Shown: in pieces, positions 62,113 to 64,000 of the stretch | Position numbering within the stretch: position 1 is the first letter of the stretch | Layout of the letters: each line of letters opens with the position of its first letter | Source of the DNA: Octopus vulgaris | Lineage: Eukaryota | Reading direction: 5' to 3' | Assembly: GCA_951406725.2 (NCBI GenBank) | Contig: OX597833.1 | Location: 73,222,001-73,286,000, forward strand | DNA length: 64,000 bases | Position numbers and translations under genes: made by a program | The notes under the pieces: generated by a model | Database searches by the model: none | What the model was told of the DNA's origin: nothing | What the model saw: only the letters and a program-made list of their open reading frames with translations

Positions 62113-64000
62113 GATTTGTATGTTTTGCTTTAAGTACGTATTCTCATGCATATAGCTGCATGTCTAGACATGTTCATATAGACTTCAATGCTAAACTTCT
62201 GGAAAGATTTACAGATTTCTATAGTTCGAGGGATGGCTTTCTCCTTTCTAGTTTTGAGAAGCCTAATTTCTCAGGATTGGTAGTTAGGCAGTGTGTTACT
62301 TATTCCAGTACCCCAATAAATACAGGTTTAAGCCTGAACTTGTAATTTGGGTAGAGTAACTAACTCCTCAACAGTTTCTTTTTCACTAATCTTTATGCTA
62401 ACATCCACTGGGCAGCTGATTTCCCCAACTGTACACGGTTTGTCTTCTCTATCCCATATCCTTATGTCAGGTCTATTATGTTCATATTTTATTGAGGTTT
62501 CCACTAGGACATTCTACCAGCACTCCTCATTATGAGTGGCTATTGCTTCCACTGTAATGTGGGTTCTTATTTCTTTGGCTTCAGGGTTATCCTTAAGATG
62601 GATCTCATTATACAGTGTCTTAGCCACACCATGTCTCATTGGAAGATAATACTGTGAAGACATTTTCAGACAACTGCTTATGACGTGGGTGATATCTTTG
62701 GTGTTAACTCCACAAGGTTTGCTTCGGTTGTCACATTTTGCTGCTTTCCCCATGTCTCTGTCCATTTTGTGCATCAGGTATTTGGTTGATATTTCCTCTT
62801 CCTGGATTGCTAATACATACCTTTCAAGGTGGGAGTAGTAATCCAGTTGTTGCTCTATGATAGACTGTTTTGATGATTAATATTATTATCATCTCAGAGC
62901 TTTCTTCAAAAATATCCATGTATGTTCTGCTGATATATGCTCATCCTCTCATCTGATGATATGTCGTGCAACTCTTTTGGCTATATATTTAAGGTTATCA
63001 GACAAGGAATGCTGCTCAAGGAGCTGCTTTACAAATCTTGTGATGTTATCAGCCTTATATATGCGAACTTGGTCAAGGGATGCACTTCGACACTTGATGG
63101 TTAAAAGATGTTGCCAAAGGGATATGATAGAACATTCAAAGCCAGTCTGGTTCGATGTTAAGTCTTTGCTACCTTGTTTTCAGTTTAGGTAGAGGCAGTC
63201 TATGTTGCTGTTGATGTGGAAGTTATGTGTGCTGGTTTGTATCTTCTGTATTTTCACAGGAATGGCTTGAATCTCATCAAGTGTCCAATCAAGTAGCCCA
63301 AATGCTGGTATTCCACCTGGCACTGCAAACACATTGTGGGCCAGTTTTATTGAATGCAGAGAGTTCCGAGGTCCATATTTTCCTTATCTGGCTGTAATAT
63401 TCTTTAGTGACATGTGTCTTGTTTCAGGTGCCATTGTAAGATATGTTTTCATCCACCCCAATGTACCTGTAACATTCCTCGTCAGATGCAGGGGAAACAG
63501 TTAAGTCATTGATGGTGTTGTTAGCCTGGTTTACTCTTTTCCCTCTTTTCACAACCATATAGCAAAAATTATTCTGACCAAACTTCAACCCTCTATCCTT
63601 TGAAAATGTTGTAACCTGGACAAGGCTCTTTTCATCTCATGCATAATTTTTGCAGATAGTTTCAAGTCATCCACAAAGAAACGGTTTGTAATTTTGGTCT
63701 TTCTGTTTCTTTGTGAACCGGTGAGATAACCTTCAGACTTCCTTAACATGAATGACCAGGGTTTACAGAAAGTATAAACAACATCACAGAAAGGCTGTCC
63801 CTTTGGAATACACCTCTGCAATACTGGATTCTATCAGTGATAATACAACTACTCCTTGCATCATGAACCACCATCCTTCAAGATGGTGGTCCACGATGAA
63901 GTCAGGTCAGCTATAGCTTTGACTATTCTCACAGAAACTGGATCACAGCTACAAGGGTATCACTATCAATGCTGTGTGACCTGGGTGTAATGCAGGAATA
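61860..64000 (-). mobile_element. R4/Dong-like (RLE) non-LTR retrotransposon relic, continues past the window edge
   Basis: RT motifs (RCIPKG, FFVDDLKL, YRYIG) and CCHC region (HVISSCLKMSSQYYLPMRHGVAK); many stops. Confidence 0.78.

Overview
This is AT-rich, repeat-dense eukaryotic genomic DNA. The SINE/LINE families and microsatellite load suggest a cephalopod (Octopus-like) genome; that assignment is an inference. Two spliced protein-coding genes, both on the + strand, can be reconstructed by hand. (1) A PLEKHB/evectin-like gene: PH domain, Pro/Tyr/Gln-rich low-complexity region, hydrophobic C-terminal segment. It has 8 phase-compatible exons between 6144 and 28702; the start exon was not located. 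(2) A two-coding-exon gene (44097-44147 + 50626-52800, 741 aa) encoding a TTC22/IFIT-like TPR solenoid fused to a C-terminal TIR domain. A compact cluster of IRF/ISRE, STAT/GAS and ETS motifs lies 200-400 bp upstream of its ATG. This is the best candidate for an undescribed invertebrate interferon-like-inducible sensor/signalling gene. The rest is transposon-derived: a full-length decayed mariner, a Helitron relic, a hAT MITE, a large foldback element, Penelope, CR1, RTE, R4-like and CRE-like retroelement relics, several SINE families and two minisatellites. Several minimal hammerhead-ribozyme motifs of the Penelope type are also present, including a TSD-flanked palindromic tRNA-head + hammerhead element. 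All family assignments are by eye from motifs; no database searches were run.
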